DNA of 55,994 bases, filler included, from Sphacelaria rigidula (GCA_964200075.2; 5 parts of 5 records of this genome joined end to end with filler, not necessarily neighbours in it); one strand, 5' to 3'. Shown: positions 23,934 through 37,424, counted from the whole stretch's first letter. Made by a program: numbers and translations. The notes: a model not told the origin generated them from the letters alone.

Positions 23934-26584
23934 GGTGGCACATGCATGATTTATTTTGTGGCTTGACGTGTGTTGGCTCAATCACGCGCACACGTCTGCT
24001 TGGTGTACATACAGGGTTCTGTTATCTTCTTTTTACAGATAGCGGAGGGATCCTCGTTGCCACAGTAATGAAGCGTGAAAAATGTTTTGTTCTCTCTTCA
24101 GTTCTGACGGATGGTGATGGGGCGCACGTTCTTGAGTGCTGAAAACAATATAGTATTAGAGTCTCCATTTTTCTATCGGGATGTACTGCCGAGCTGTTCG
24201 TTTACGATCGAGACGCCAGCCGGGTTGCAACACACACCACCTTTTGGCGACTGATTTTGTCAGCCGGCGGTTGGCTCTATCGGGGACACCACTGTGGGAA
24301 TGTAGTGTCATCCTCCACGGAAGGAGTGTGGCCCGCGGGAAGTCGTCGCGTTCTTTCAGGCCATTCTCCATTACCTCGTCCTTTACTTTCACCTATTGTG
24401 CATGCAGCTGACAAGGCATCTTTTTTTGTGTTTTCTCCGGCCCGCGCAGACACGCGAATGCTGATCGTGGTGCGCTCGACAGTGAAAGATACAGGTGAGT
24501 GAGATATCCTTTTTACGGCATACTGCACTGTATGCTGTAGGTGAGTGACTGTTGTAGAGTTTCCAGATAATACACGTATAAACATATCGCTGTTTTTCTA
24601 GTCTCAAACTCCGCACAAGCACTTCTACAGTAGCTCCCTTGGAGGAAAACAAAATGAAAACTACAATGGCGTAGACACACTATCGACTAAATAAAATCTG
24701 AGGTCGTTTAGCATTCTTTGGTCAGGATCTTTCTGTTTCACCTGGATTTATCTCGGGAGTGAGTACCGGAGGTTATTATTCGGAGTATACTACCCGAACA
24801 AGGGATCCAAGCTCGACGTTTTCTATAAATCACGCTCCTGCACCGTCATCAGATACCAAATTCTGAAAATCTTGAAAAATACGAGATCCTCCCGACGACA
24901 CGGGTCTATGTTTCCTTCAACAGCTCTTTACGCGAGACCGTTTAATATTCACGTATTCCAGCAATGAGCGCTGCAGGAAGGTGGTAGTTGACGAAAAAAC
25001 ACCGTAACCTTCACTCCTGTCCAATACTCCCCGCTTTCGGCGGAGGGAGATATCTGTGTCTCAAGATAATCATTTCCCCGGAGAGCTCGGGAGCAACGAA
25101 TACTTGTGAACATGTCGTCCAGGGCATGTTGATATTTCATCGTGGTAGGTCGAAGGAAGCTATGCGGCTCACAGCTAACCTGCTAAGGGAGAGTGTTCAT
25201 TTCTCGCAGAACAGAACAGAACAGAACAAGGCAAGCCAAACAACGTGCACCAACAAACCAATATTCCCCAGGTCCTTTTTTCGTCATTCCTAGCACGAGT
25301 AGAAGAATGGATTACGTACTTGTAGGTCGTTGAGATCTTTGACTTGTCCAACACCTCCGTGCTGACTACTAGAGGTGTCTCCGGCCAAAATTCTCCCCTT
25401 CCACACGAAATTCAGGTCAAAACCTATCCCAACAACCAATCAGCTAGACTTCGACAATTGATTGGTCACATATTCATCCGTGGACATGGAGAGGTATAGA
25501 GTATGACATGAGGAAAATAGTACTTTTTGTGACTATTATCCTATTTGCTTTGAGCTTTTCCGCTGTTTTGTTCTAGTCTGTCCAGTTCCGCACGGCGAGT
25601 AAACGCGTTCATGCTTAAGACAAACCACTCTCCATGTTTTTCATCCTGTAGTATACTGCATCGCATCATCGGTCCCGCGTCGAGTGTCGTATCATAGGTA
25701 ACTCCTCCCTGCTACTTTGCGATCATTCGAACCGTTAGTTGCGTGTAGCGCAGGGCAAAATATACTGTATGCTGTTGCATGGAAAGTGTATTGTTGATGT
25801 TGCTGGGGTCCTATATATATATCCCTTGGTTCACGTCCTATTTCAAAGCGAATTCCATGAGGGGTTATCCCCCATCGTCAGGTAGTTTGCTACGTGACCT
25901 GCTTCCCACGAGAGGATGACTCTCTACCCTGAGTAACATGTATGTGCTCCATGCTACCTCCACACACACACGCAGACTCCGTACGGAGAGCACGAAGACA
26001 GTCGTCACGATGGCGAGCTTCTGTGGCGGCGTACTGTTTCACGGTTCGGACGAATCATCGCCCGTTCGAATCACCAAATCCATGATTTTTCAGGCCTGGT
26101 CGCTCGGCAGAAAGACAAAAGTTGACCGCTGGTCAAAAAGGTCTCCACGCAATTTTTTCGCCATCCCAAATGCCTGGGCTGCGCGCACCTGGGTTGCAAC
26201 GCTGAAAAGAAAGCCCAAGGATTGATTTGTACGGTAGGAATCAATCACACTAAAATCAAGTAATTTCCAGACGAATCATCAATTCGTCCGACCCTTGTAC
26301 TGTTCGCGGTTTTGAAAGAGTCGTGATGAATTATTCGGTCCTTTTTTGGATAATGACTCCAACAAGTGTTGTGAAAGCTTTTGCATCAAAAAAGGGTCAC
26401 CAAGCGCAATCAGATGGAAAACTACGGCTTGATAATATACCCCTCCCCCCCTAAATGGGGGTGACGATGCTGATTGAAAAGATGGACACGTGCTTGGGCA
26501 GTGTAGGAGAGCTTAGTCAACGCTCAGACGCGGTTTGACATTTCCTTTGGCACGATATGTTCATGATGATATCATTTCGTTCAG

Positions 26585-26699
26585 GAGGCAATGGCTGTAC
26601 GAGACATCCACCATCGTTAACCGGGAGCACAAGGTGTTGTTCTGCGCCCCCCCCAAGACGGGCTCCATGCAGTTCAGGATGCTCGCCAAGCGCATGCAG
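26585..26699 (+). CDS. Carbohydrate sulfotransferase (Sulfotransfer_2 family), exon with the 5'-PSB motif
   Basis: RQWLYETSTIVNREHKVLFCAPPKTGSMQFRMLAKRMQ matches the family pattern hk.lfC..PK.GS..; ttcag acceptor and cag|gtatac donor. Upstream exons not resolved. Confidence 0.85.
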
Positions 26700-27286
26700 G
26701 TATACATACACACGAAGGCATACACGTCAGCAGGAGTACACGGAAGCTTCGACTATGTATTGTCCACGATCGATCACATATCTTCACTAACTCGGTCTAG
26801 CTTTCGTCTAGAAAGGTACAGTATATCATAGGAATAAGGTAAACCACGAAATATCATATTTTGCTATGCTGTCAACATCCTCCTTTCTCCGGTTTACTTC
26901 AGCGAGTGCCTCCCTTCATACGTCTTGGATACGTATGTCGACCTTGTAAACACGGCTGGATCCATGGCATGCCCGTTAATTCGCGACACCCGATCGTACA
27001 CTGTATCAATCACACCTGCCGAATGTTTAACAACGACTAAACATCACGTATGGTCGTATTTTTTGTGGCACTTTTCATTACACAAGCTCTTCTTGTGTTG
27101 TTAGTTATTCTCCTTCTGTTGTTGGTGGTTGTGAACGGGAGACCCCCACGAATCACGCCCAAAAAGCAAGAGGCTGCTGTGGCTGATAGCTGCCGAGGAA
27201 GATCTGCCATAGTCGGTGCAGCAATAGCAACACCAGCCCGTAACATGGTCAAGATGAAAAAGGCCGAGAGGAGGGTGGTTCGGCTT

Positions 27287-27408
27287 GTTCCTGACGAGGC
27301 ATGAGAAGGATTTCAGTAGAGATGACCGCAAGAAAAAAGACTTCCAGAGTGTTCCTGACTAGGCATGAGAGGATTTCAGTAGAGATGACCGCAAAAGAAA
27401 GACTTTCA
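27287..27408. repeat. Intronic tandem duplication (~64-bp unit x2)
   Basis: gttcctgac.aggcatgaga(a)ggatttcagtagagatgaccgcaa..aaagactt occurs twice. Confidence 0.8.
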
Positions 27409-27779
27409 TAGCCAGAAAGAGAGGGCAGCAGGCGACACACAGGGCAAGACAGTCATGATGCCCTGTCACATGAAAGGGCTCTACGCCAATCTCTCCACCG
27501 CCCAGTCCCCGCCCCCGGCATTGGCGCGTCCCCAAGATTCTAACTATGGTCAGCCTGCCCAGCTTCGGGGAGAGTCATAAGCCGCATCTCCAAAACGTGG
27601 CTTGAAATATGCTCTCTGCGTTCCGCCAAGACCTTGAGTTGTAATCCGCGTTATTGCCTCACGCGCCCCCTCGCCTAAACAGACCACCACCATCGCCGCC
27701 AACACCAACACCAACACCAACGCCGCAGATGATGAAGTAGCCTTACACTTGACCGATCCCCACACCTACGCCATGGCAG

Positions 27780-28024
27780 GGTGTGGATCACTGGGCGGTT
27801 GCAGATGATCAAGAGAAGCTGTTTGACCCTGTGGCCTCAGGACTTATTCTGCTCGACTTGTCTGACATGGCGCTGATGGGAGAGATATACGCGGAAAACG
27901 GTGCAGGTTGGGTGAAGATAGCGGTGGTCAGGGACCCCGTCACGCGTCTGCTTTCTGCCTACCTCGACCTCAAGCAGCTGCTGGAAAAAAACAACGGTGT
28001 AGACTCCAGTGCCGAAGTACACAG
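27780..28024 (+). CDS. Carbohydrate sulfotransferase, exon with the 3'-PB motif
   Basis: GVDHWAV...WVKIAVVRDPVTRLLSAYLD (RDP..RL.SAY motif). Phase-0 start follows the previous exon; probable GC donor cag|gcaaga, phase 2. Confidence 0.85.
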
Positions 28025-29294
28025 GCAAGAGTGTCAGTTTTTTTTCAACTCAGGCCGTATTTTGACGCACAGCAAGATGTTGTGATCTACGTGAACAAAA
28101 AATGCTTTGCTTGCAGGGTTTTGGAGCATGATGCCGCGAGGGAGTACCATCTGTTGACTTGTCGTGACACGCGATGGATAACCCCACGCCCGCGCTCTCA
28201 CGCACGGCGCTCACCACTGATCAGCAGAAAGATCTGGATATTTATCTGAAGTTGGACCCACACATAACCGAAGTAGACTGGTGGGATGCACCTTGTCGTT
28301 GCGAGCGCTAGCACGTTCCGGTTGGTGTGCCTGTGCTGTTTGCACGGGAGCATGTCCATCCTTGATAGGATCAAGCCAGCCACGCTGAACGATTTGCACT
28401 ATTCTGTACCTCCAGCTTGACATATCTATGTGTGTGTTCTGAATATCCGTCAACCCTTGAAAATATACCTACCATTCCACAACCCGGACAAAATATTACA
28501 TCGTCGAAAAAGGTACTGCGTATAGTATGGAATCTATTGTCTATTGAAAAATACCCAATAGTCGATACTGTACGCAGTACAATTTTTTGACAATGTTATC
28601 TTCCGTCATTATCCAGCGTGTAAAGTACTCAACATGTCCCGTGAAATAAGTAAACCAAGCCAACTACCGGCCGTCCACCCCAGCTTGAAGACCACGGCCG
28701 GAGTCTTTTCCAACATGCCAAAGACCAACAAAACATCAGGGTGGGGAGTAGCACACTGTATATCCCTCTTTTGTGGGGTATATGATGCGAGCCTACAGAG
28801 ACGAGTGGCCCTCAGCACAGCGTCTCCACCAGTTCGACAGTTTCATGCACAACATTTATTTGGTGTATGCAGATGTCAACAATCCTCGATCAGTTTCGAG
28901 GTAGCTCGAGGGCGAACACATCCGAATAGAAAATGGAGATGGAGGGAATCCCTTAATAGCAGGGTTTCCCACAAGCGTTTGGGTCTGCGTAGGTAATGGC
29001 TAGGTGGACTTGAGCGCGTCGATGGTGCGTGAAACGTCTTGGGTGGGAACTTGCCTTCCGGAACATGATCGCTGGTAGATTGCCCGTGGACAGTTTTGCG
29101 GACAATGTGAGCGCTGTGGAAGGGATCGGGGGTGCCATTATATCACGACAGCATACTTGACTTGATTTTAGCGTTATCACTGAAAGACCCGTCTCACCGG
29201 ATTGGCTTGTCTCCAGTTATATTCTCTGTCGTTTCTGTACGATCTCAGGCCCAAGGGGTTGGGGTTACAAGACTGAAAGCACCTTGAGTACACA

Positions 29295-29540
29295 TTTTTT
29301 TTCATTATTATTTGTCACGCTTTCAATGTCTCCCCTTTCTCGGGATAAGTTCGTCGTCTAATGTTCGAATCGTCGAATCGTCTGATGGTCTCAAGGGATC
29401 AACCCACTTCTCCCCGGTACACGCCTTACATTTTGGTCTCGCGGATTGGATCATGACTAACACTCCCGCACCGCGTGTCGGCGCTCTTCAAACAAACTCA
29501 GTGAAATTCCTTTTGTTTATTCACGTACTAACTTGACGGT
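29295..29540 (-). mobile_element. SINE copy lacking a recognisable tRNA head (intronic)
   Basis: tggtctcaagggatcaaccca..tccccggtacacgcctt.ca.tttgg.ctcgc.gattgg is shared with 23602-23933. Confidence 0.7.
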
Positions 29541-30443
29541 ATCTAAAGGGTACAATATCGACTAACGCGGGTTCTACGATATTTTTTTTGTGATGGTAGC
29601 CAACATACAAAAGCATGCCGTGAAAGGACAAAAACTCCTGTCGGTCTTTGAACTTGTGCAGCATCTCAATTTCACTCAGAATTACATGTGATCCCCTTGA
29701 CTCGGACGGGTATTATTGAATCCTTCACGCGTCCAACAACTACTCGCTCGTCATTCACGACGGTTGCCACAAAATTCGAGAAATGATGGGCGATTCAGAG
29801 TCGACTGGTACGACTGAATCCAGAAGATGGCGACAAATAAGAGTGGACTCCTTCGACCAGATTCAAAATGACGGGCGAGTAAGAGTCGAGTTTTACGACT
29901 ACGTGAGAATAACAACGACGACACATTTGACGACTAAAACCCCCACGACTCATATTCGACGACTTAGTCGTTGGATGTGTGGAATTTCGTGGCGCATACT
30001 GCAACAAACAAACAAAAGAAAATTTTCCTTTGTTGGCCTTCCTCCTGTGTGACCCCGGCTGGTGCGCCCACATGTACCGAAAGGTGTAGACCGGCGTCCA
30101 GAATAGATGGGACGAAAACACACACATACTGTATCGTCTACTTGTCGTACCAGCATCCCCACCCCTCGCTTCCATTATTTCTCTGTTGCATCACTTCACA
30201 CTCAGTCGAGAATAAAGCACAACATTCAAAACAGCCAAAGCGCTTCTGACACTGCACTGTGAGTTGATCAACAGGATAGGCAGGAGGTAGCCCGCCACAC
30301 GTATTGGTATTGCCCAGTTGACACACATTGGAAATATACACTGGCCCACCGCGAGGTATCTGCTGATGTTGACATGGACTTCTTGCTGGTCGTTACGGAT
30401 GACGGTCTGCTGTTTTTTCTCCATTTTTGTTTCGGAAAATCAG

Positions 30444-30660
30444 CATTTCGGAATTGATCTTCGGGAGTAATGATGGCGGTGACGCTTTTCTCACTGCCTC
30501 TGCCTCTACTGCTAAGCTGCCGGCCTTCGGGGACCTGGTGGAGTCCTTACTAGGAAGCGAGACGCGATGGAAATGGCCTGCTGCGTTCCAACCGTGGTCC
30601 AACATGTGCGGGCTTAGGCACGCGGAATTCGACAGCATTATTCCTTTCGAGACATTGGAG
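30444..30660 (+). CDS. Carbohydrate sulfotransferase, internal exon
   Basis: ISELIFG...WPAAFQPWSNMCGLRHAEFDSIIPFETLE resembles the family's F.P....C....ydfig.fE.L region. Strong pyrimidine tract plus cag, gag|gtaaac donor, phase 2 in. Confidence 0.82.
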
Positions 30661-30823
30661 GTAAACGATTCGAGGTGGACTGCGTATGCCGTCAGTCTTG
30701 TTTCAGTCTTCAGAATGTGGTGCGAATCGAACTCTAGCGGAGTCGAATTCCCCATGTGTGGTAGCGTTGCGTGGTAATATTGTGGTTACTCATATAGTAC
30801 GGTGTTAGTGCTTGCCCATCCTA

Positions 30824-31122
30824 CACACGTTGGGACTAGACGGCGTTAGAACAAGTTATAGCTCGGCGACAGTAAATGTCCACGTATCGCTACAGTGCAT
30901 GATGAATTGCGTGAAGGTAGTCAATTTTACACTGGGTGAGTGATTTCTTCCGGATAAAGCCGCACAGACGATACTCGGACGTCTCATGATCACGCGTTGG
31001 GACTATACTGCGCTAGAACGAGTTGTAACTCGAATATAGTAAATATCCACGTATCGCTACAGGATCTGAGTACTCGCGTAAAGGTAGTCAACAGTTTCAC
31101 ACTGGGTGAGTCATATCTTCCG
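30824..31122. repeat. Imperfect direct repeat (~130 bp x2, period ~167 bp)
   Basis: cac.cgttgggacta...ccacgtatcgctacag...aaggtagtcaa...acactgggtgagt at 30824-30952 and 30991-31122. Confidence 0.75.
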
Positions 31123-31769
31123 AAAGTCGGACCTCTCGTGGGAAGACTGTAACTCCTTCAGCCAGCGAAGCTTCACAGTGATTGTACTTCTTGAATATGT
31201 TTTCAACGTCGAGGAACCTAGCTTTGAATCTGCAATCCTTTTTGCGGACGAACAAAATCGAGGCTACTTACTGATGAGCAAAACGAACACTGAACAAAAT
31301 CAACCGATACATTACTCTGACAGTATAATGGCGTATAAATACTGTAGCTGCAGCGTCGGTTGCCTTCTCCCCCTGAAAAGCATAGGTCGTGCACATGATA
31401 TTGTAGGTGGCGGTTTCGTGCTTGATACAAGATGGTCTTATTATGTCTTATTATTCTACTGATAAACAGCAGTATTTCCTCAAACACCCTCAAAATGAAC
31501 TTTACCTGCGAGACGGTGAACAAGTAGTACGAAGTACCGCAGGTGTGAGCTGCAGAAGATTTTTCGGAAGACCGTGGTGCAATTTTGAGGAGCAACATTC
31601 CCACACCCGACACCACCCCACAAACCCCCCCCGCATAACGTCACGTCCAGCCTACATCATAACCNNNNNNNNNNTTTTTCGGAAGACCGTGGTGCAATTT
31701 TGAGGAGCACCCCCCCCCCCCCCCCTACGTTTCTGCCCCCCCCTACGTTTTCTCGTGCTCGCGAAACAG

Positions 31770-31908
31770 AAAACATCAATCGAAGTTCTGCAGTCGCTTC
31801 CGGGTAGACTATGGGAAAAGTACGGATCTTCGGGATGGGGACCCGACTCTAGCGACCACTTCATGCACTTCGATTACGGAGGGGCAAATGCTTATCTAGG
31901 GAGCTCAG
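31770..31908 (+). CDS. Carbohydrate sulfotransferase, downstream exon
   Basis: KTSIEVLQSLPGRLWEKYGSSGWGPDSSDHFMHFDYGG; aacag acceptor, phase 0; donor tcag|gtgtgt followed by a (GT)n microsatellite (31909-31950). A further phase-1 exon may start at 32529 (DLMNHLFSN..). Confidence 0.75.
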
Positions 31909-31911
31909 GTG

Positions 31912-31950
<39 letters not shown>

Positions 31951-33481
31951 ACGTGTTTGCCTCGTGTGCACGTGTTTGCCTGTCTGCACGTATGTCGGTG
32001 TGCCATTTGCGGAAGTGTCTTGGAAAGGCCCAATCACGACAGAGATAGTTCGGGTGTGGATCACTGCAGAAAGTAGCTCGTGGAAAGGCTACTTATCGGA
32101 CATGAACCGTGGGTTACCACACACCTGAGGTGCCGGTGAGTACCGAATCCACTCGCGACGAAACAGGGTGTGGAGACGGTGAGGATCGTTCCTAACGGAG
32201 AAATGGGACTTTATCCTCGGATATGGGGCGATATGGGGCTTGGATTAGAACGCCACATGCTTACTCGTACGTAACGCAATAAGGCACAGTACAGCGGCAT
32301 CTCCATGACCAAGACATTGACCCCGGACTTGATTCACTTCTTGCTCCTTAATCGCTGGTCGGTCTTGTGGAGACTCCTGTGTTCGTTCAAACATAGCCCG
32401 CCCGTAAGATCTGTCTCTTTGCCAGTTGCTGTCATTTTTTGTCACAACGGGCATCCACGCCCCCCCAACCTAACCAATCTCCCACCCCAACCCTTACCCC
32501 CATCCACATTCCTGGGGTCGTACGGAAGACCTCATGAATCACCTGTTCAGCAACAGCGTGGCACCTCATGCGCCCGATTGCCGATCATCACCTGGAGACT
32601 GTGCTGAGCACGGTCGCACCAACGATACCTCTGCCGAGGCCCCCTGGCAGCAGACGTGCGCATCCTCTCTGGCAGTGTTCACTCGCGGCCCTAACCGACG
32701 TCTCACTGACAGGAACCTTAAACACTGGCATTATGCAACGCTTGAACGATCCCCCACCCCCACCCCATCGTGTCGGAGGGAAAATTGTGGGAAGTGCTCC
32801 GTCTCGAAAGGGATGCGTGGTCAATGGTCAAACAACTAAGGCAAGCAACGAATGAGTACGCCCCCCCCGCCCCATCGTGTCAGAGGGGAAATTGTAGGAA
32901 GTAAACCAAAATGGCAAGAAATCGCTTGGTACATTAGAGGGTAGCGAAAAAACAACTGATATACTAGAGGATAGATGGTGGCCACAGACGGCCAAACAAG
33001 GAGGGGATAAGATGTGTAAAATGGTTTGGGGTAAAGTATGGAAAAAAACCAAGGGAGCGCCCAAATGCTCGTGGTGTCTATTATATTAGGAGTAGGAACG
33101 GTGCCCCGTCTCGAAAGGGATTCGTGGTCAGTGGTCAAATGACTAAGGCAAGCAACAAATGAGTACACTCCCCCTTCTCCTCACTAGGGATACCCGTGAG
33201 GCACTGTGTCACCCGTGGTTGTCTCGGGAAGTGGCGAAACCACAAAATGGAGCAACTCATTCGAGGCTGTCATCCATATGTAAGATAATCAGTACGCTTT
33301 CAGGTCGAACAATCTTAGCAGAATGTAGCTCACCCCTCATATGACTCGCCGAACACATCGCGGCGCTTCGCGCTTGATGATTGACTGCGAGCCTGGTCCG
33401 ACGAAACTGGGCGTGCCCCGTCCCGGCTTTGTAAAGATGCGAGGTCAATGGTGTTATGACTATGGCATGCCATGCAATAAG

Positions 33482-33512
<31 letters not shown>

Positions 33513-33558
33513 AGCGGGGGCCGGGGCCCAGCTCGGGCCGCGACCCGGCTCGCACGCC

Positions 33559-33658
33559 NNNNNNNNNNNNNNNNNNNNNNNNNNNNNNNNNNNNNNNNNN
33601 NNTTAATTAATTAANNNNNNNNNNNNNNNNNNNNNNNNNNNNNNNNNNNNNNNNNNNN
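33559..33658. other. Artificial contig linker N44-TTAATTAATTAA-N44
   Basis: Same 100-bp spacer. Confidence 0.97.
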
Positions 33659-33745
33659 GTGAGTTGACGCGGTCCGGGAGTGCTGACCCAATCCGCGAGA
33701 CCAAAATGTAAGGCACGTACCGGGGGAAAGATGGGTAGAATGTAA
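33659..33745 (+). mobile_element. SINE body fragment at contig start
   Basis: gagttgacgcggtccgggagtgctgacccaatccgcgagaccaaaatgtaaggcacgtaccggggg matches the reverse complement of ~23700-23775. Confidence 0.7.
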
Positions 33746-35252
33746 AGCACGGACCGGCGAATTTACCTTTGAAAACCGGGTCGGCGGAAATTCGGAACAG
33801 TATTTTGCAGGCCCTCCAGCCACGACTTGCAGCAGCGTGTTTGAGGACATAAACCACCAGCGACAACTACACGAGAACTGGAATGCGCTCTTGGTCGTTC
33901 ATGAAAGTGACACCAAAAACGGTCAAACGCTGGAAGATCCACACTCAAAGTCGGAACCCACAAGAAGTTCGCCTCACACCCGAATCCACTGTACATCACA
34001 CCCCCGCAAACGAATATAGTTGCTCTTTAGATTAACATCCATCACCTCAACTGTTCACAAATGTCCACTAGAAATATCTATTCCGCACGGTGAATACCGT
34101 TTTGTTTGCCAGGATGCACATCTGCTCACATGGGGAAAGCCGGAACTGACGTTTTGCCGCTGTTGCTCCTTTTGAACTTTGGAGGTGTGGTGCATGAGTT
34201 CCTCGATGTCAAGCGTCAACAGATGTTCGATATCAGTCGGATACCCTCTACTACGGGCAGCACCCTCACATGCACTCGCGGCAGACCCGGAGAGCGGAAT
34301 CATAGACAATGATGAATCATGATGGGTGTTTTTGATCGTGGTGTGCGTATAATTCGCGACATGATCTCGACTCCTAGGCAGCGTTCCAGCCTTCCTCAGC
34401 ATAAGAGACCTGATCGTCTCGGGGTCCAAAAGCTTCAAATCCGTGAGAGGTCGCCGAACTAAACCGAGGCCGGCGCTGGTAGGCGTTTCGTGCCTTCGTT
34501 TTCGAGGGTATCCATCGTCGTACGTCTGACATAAGCTTCGGGACGTTTCTATGCCATGAGGCTGCATTGAAGCAATGTCCACTCCCATGTTCGTAAGCCT
34601 ACCGCCAACGACGCATAGGGCGCCGCTCTCGGGCTGAGTTCGCAACTCGGACAAAAGAACTAAGTAAGTGCCGCTTCGAGGTTCCGCCGCATTTATTTAT
34701 CCGCCGCATTGCCCCGCAGAAGATCGCACTTGCTGAAGAACGAAGATGTATCCATCTTATTCGTGTATCAATCAGTGTCATCGACAGTCAGCGCAGTAGC
34801 GCCCTCGTATGCTCTAAAGTTGTTAATGATAACGTTCGAGTATGTGTGCTGCGGATGACATGGGCACACGGCCTGCTGTGTGTAGGACGTGGCCCAGGTT
34901 AACGTCACAGCTATGGTCCCAACTGCTGCGCTTCACAAGTCGACAGTCATTCATGCGTACCGTAGACACCCGCCGTACTGCATCATCATCAGTGATATAA
35001 ATGCACCGGAAAGTAGTAGCATAAATGCACCGGAAAGTAGTAGCATTTGCCCCTCGGAGTGCTGGCAAAAAAAAAAGCGATAAAAGAGGATGACCTCATG
35101 CTACTGCGAATGGGAGACTAGAGATCCAGCTCTCACGGAGATGAGAACCCAGACCAGTTCCTTTGGCGGACGGGGTGGCCGATATTCATTTCCTGCTCAA
35201 CAGCATCTGTGAACTCTGACTGCGCCAAACAAGGCGCCGCACGAACCTCGAG

Positions 35253-35325
35253 ATGAAGATGTCTGCGGCTTTCCGCTTCCACCTGAATAACCCCATTGAG
35301 ACAGGACTTGCGTGCGTTGGAAAAT
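35253..35325 (+). CDS. BBS2: Bardet-Biedl syndrome 2 protein, exon 1
   Basis: MKMSAAFRFHLNNPIETGLACVGK + t|gtgagt donor; resembles the BBS2 N-terminus and completes Tyr with exon 2. Join of 7 exons = 708 nt (236 aa), 3' truncated. Confidence 0.8.
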
Positions 35326-35686
35326 GTGAGTTCAAATGTTGGGCAATATATCTCACACTAGCAATGGCATTGCTTTGTCGCGAGCTGAATTAAAAGCTGT
35401 GCCGTACAGGCTGATCACCAGCCGCGCTCCGCCGGAACAATTCGCGCAACGCTTGCCTTGATGAATTGGTGTACGTCAATAAATCCATCCGCGCGGATGA
35501 TTCTGACGGAACCACACCTGCCTGCGACTAAACACGATTGCCCACGACCATCGCGGCTCACAGTGTTTTGTTAAGTATCGCTGTAAGAGTCAAGGTCACC
35601 CACCCAGCAGTTGAATCTGTGGAGGTTGGTTTAGGGCGAACGACCATCATGCACTCTCCAGATTTCTCGCGCAGTTTTTTTCGAGT

Positions 35687-35918
35687 TAGATCCTGAAATT
35701 TTGCACACGGGTGCTCTGGTATATTTAGAAACTCTTTTTGAATGCGGTTTTCCGATTTTCTGACTTTTCGCCAGATATCCGGGGTCCCAGGAGGCGGTGT
35801 GACAGACCGCCTCTGGGTCCCCGGATATCTGGCGAAAACAAAACAGAAGTGAAAGAACCATCGGTGCAGAGTTAATAAATATCCCACAGAGCATCCTTGT
35901 GCAAACTTTCAGGGTCTA
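35687..35918. mobile_element. Palindromic MITE-like element in BBS2 intron 1
   Basis: Inner hairpin 35765-35838 (ttttcgccagatatccgggg..ccccggatatctggcgaaaa) inside outer inverted arms (cctgaaattttgcaca / tgtgcaaactttcagg). Confidence 0.65.
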
Positions 35919-37308
35919 CCTGGATGTAATGGGGTGCAAAGTACACCGTATGTGCGACAAAGTATACACATGTACGCAGGGTCCCCCCAATTACTTAATC
36001 ACAGTATGCTACTGACTTCACCTTGCGCGCTATAGCTTGCACCGACCGTTTGGGACCAGTTTTCGAGTTACGCAACGAAACTTGGGACAAGCATTCCTTG
36101 CACCACCTCGGGGTGGGTCAAATTTGATATTTTATTTCGAGACAGTCTGTACGGCGTTCCGGGGTCAATGCTTTTTTTTTCTTTCTGGATTGATGCGCCA
36201 ACATCTACCGAAAGGTGTAGACCGGCGTCCAGAATAGATGGGACGACAACATATACACGACGAAACACATTTGCAGCACCCGTATCTACCAAACTGGCAA
36301 GTTTGGGGATGATCGAAGCTTTTTCGCGACGGGTACCGGGAAAAATGTCAAGAGGCTTTCTAGGTCTTGGATGCATATCATCCGTGATAATTAGACGATG
36401 CCAAGACCCCACATCGCCGAAATACCACGTTTTGGGTATAACTCGATTTCATACGAACCATTTACACGTATGTTTTTTGCGTTAGATTCCCTAGCTAATG
36501 CCGATTACTAAAGTTTGATTCGTGATGAAATTATGTACAACTTATATCGGGAAATGCCTTTTATTTTGAGAACAATATAAAGGCCCCGGACTAGCCGACA
36601 AATATTTTCACTACTGTACAAGCGCCACGGCGAAGCATGCAAAAAACAAATCTAGGCATGCCACCCTGTTCGCTTGCTTGGGGGGGTTACTATGATACCG
36701 AATATGTTTCAATTGCGTCAGCTTTGCGTTCTGTATCTAGTGGGGAATAAATCTTGAGCATCCATCCTGAACCAGCCTGTACTCTATCGTGGTTGATATA
36801 TCGTTGACCTCTCTCGACAACGTACATTTTAAAGACTTGTTTGGAATATACCCAGCGTACAAAACAGAGCCCGTCTGGCCGTATATTGCAGATGTGAAGC
36901 GAATAGGGCATGTGCTCGGGAAAATAGGTGTGCACCTGGTGGTTACTGTACAGAGCTGTGCGGTTTAGCACCCTGCTTTCTAGTCAAGACACCGTACAAC
37001 TGATAACGGCGACCCCTGTGTCCACATGTTATGCTGCAGTGCGCTTCCAAGGAGTCATGCGAATAGAGAACCAGCGGGAGATTCGCGCGTTCTTCAACCA
37101 ATCAACAAAGGCTTGCATGATGTTGTGCCCACCGGACATTCAAATGATTAGAAAATGTCTTATTTGGAGCCCTGAGAATTCGGGTACCAACCTGTTTTTC
37201 ACGTGTACTGTGCATACTTGCATACCAAGCACATGCCCTGTTGCGTATCGCGCGATCTGGACACTCCCATCACCCCTTGATGTTGCCCACCTCACGCTAC
37301 ACCCTCAG

Positions 37309-37424
37309 ATGACGGAAAACGGCCTTCCCTGACATGCGCAACTTCTGCGGGCAAGGTTCTCGTGCACTGTCCTCACGCACAGCGCGATCTCGCGCAAAAT
37401 GATGAAGTCAAAGCGAGAGATCAG
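37309..37424 (+). CDS. BBS2: BBS2 exon 2
   Basis: (Y)DGKRPSLTCATSAGKVLVHCPH matches BBS2 YDG.HP.L..AT..GKV.IH.PH; cag acceptor. The 3' donor (cag|gtgcca) is less certain. Confidence 0.8.

Noticed and set aside
23195-26100. Possible extra exons (23277-23391 on -, 24450-24494 and ~25976 on +)
   Set aside because: Splice-like signals exist, but there is no homology or unambiguous phase chain to assign them.
31559-31710. Duplicated ttttcggaagaccgtggtgcaattttgaggagca around a 10-N gap (likewise 52810-52985)
   Set aside because: Overlap duplicated across a scaffold gap next to poly-C; likely an assembly artefact.
33763-34654. Divergent gene upstream of BBS2 (199-aa minus-strand ORF and a possible exon)
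   Set aside because: No recognisable domain and no consistent splice chain; cannot be distinguished from chance ORFs.
34997-35046. 24-bp tandem duplication upstream of the BBS2 ATG as a regulatory element
   Set aside because: Only two copies and no known motif; no evidence of function.
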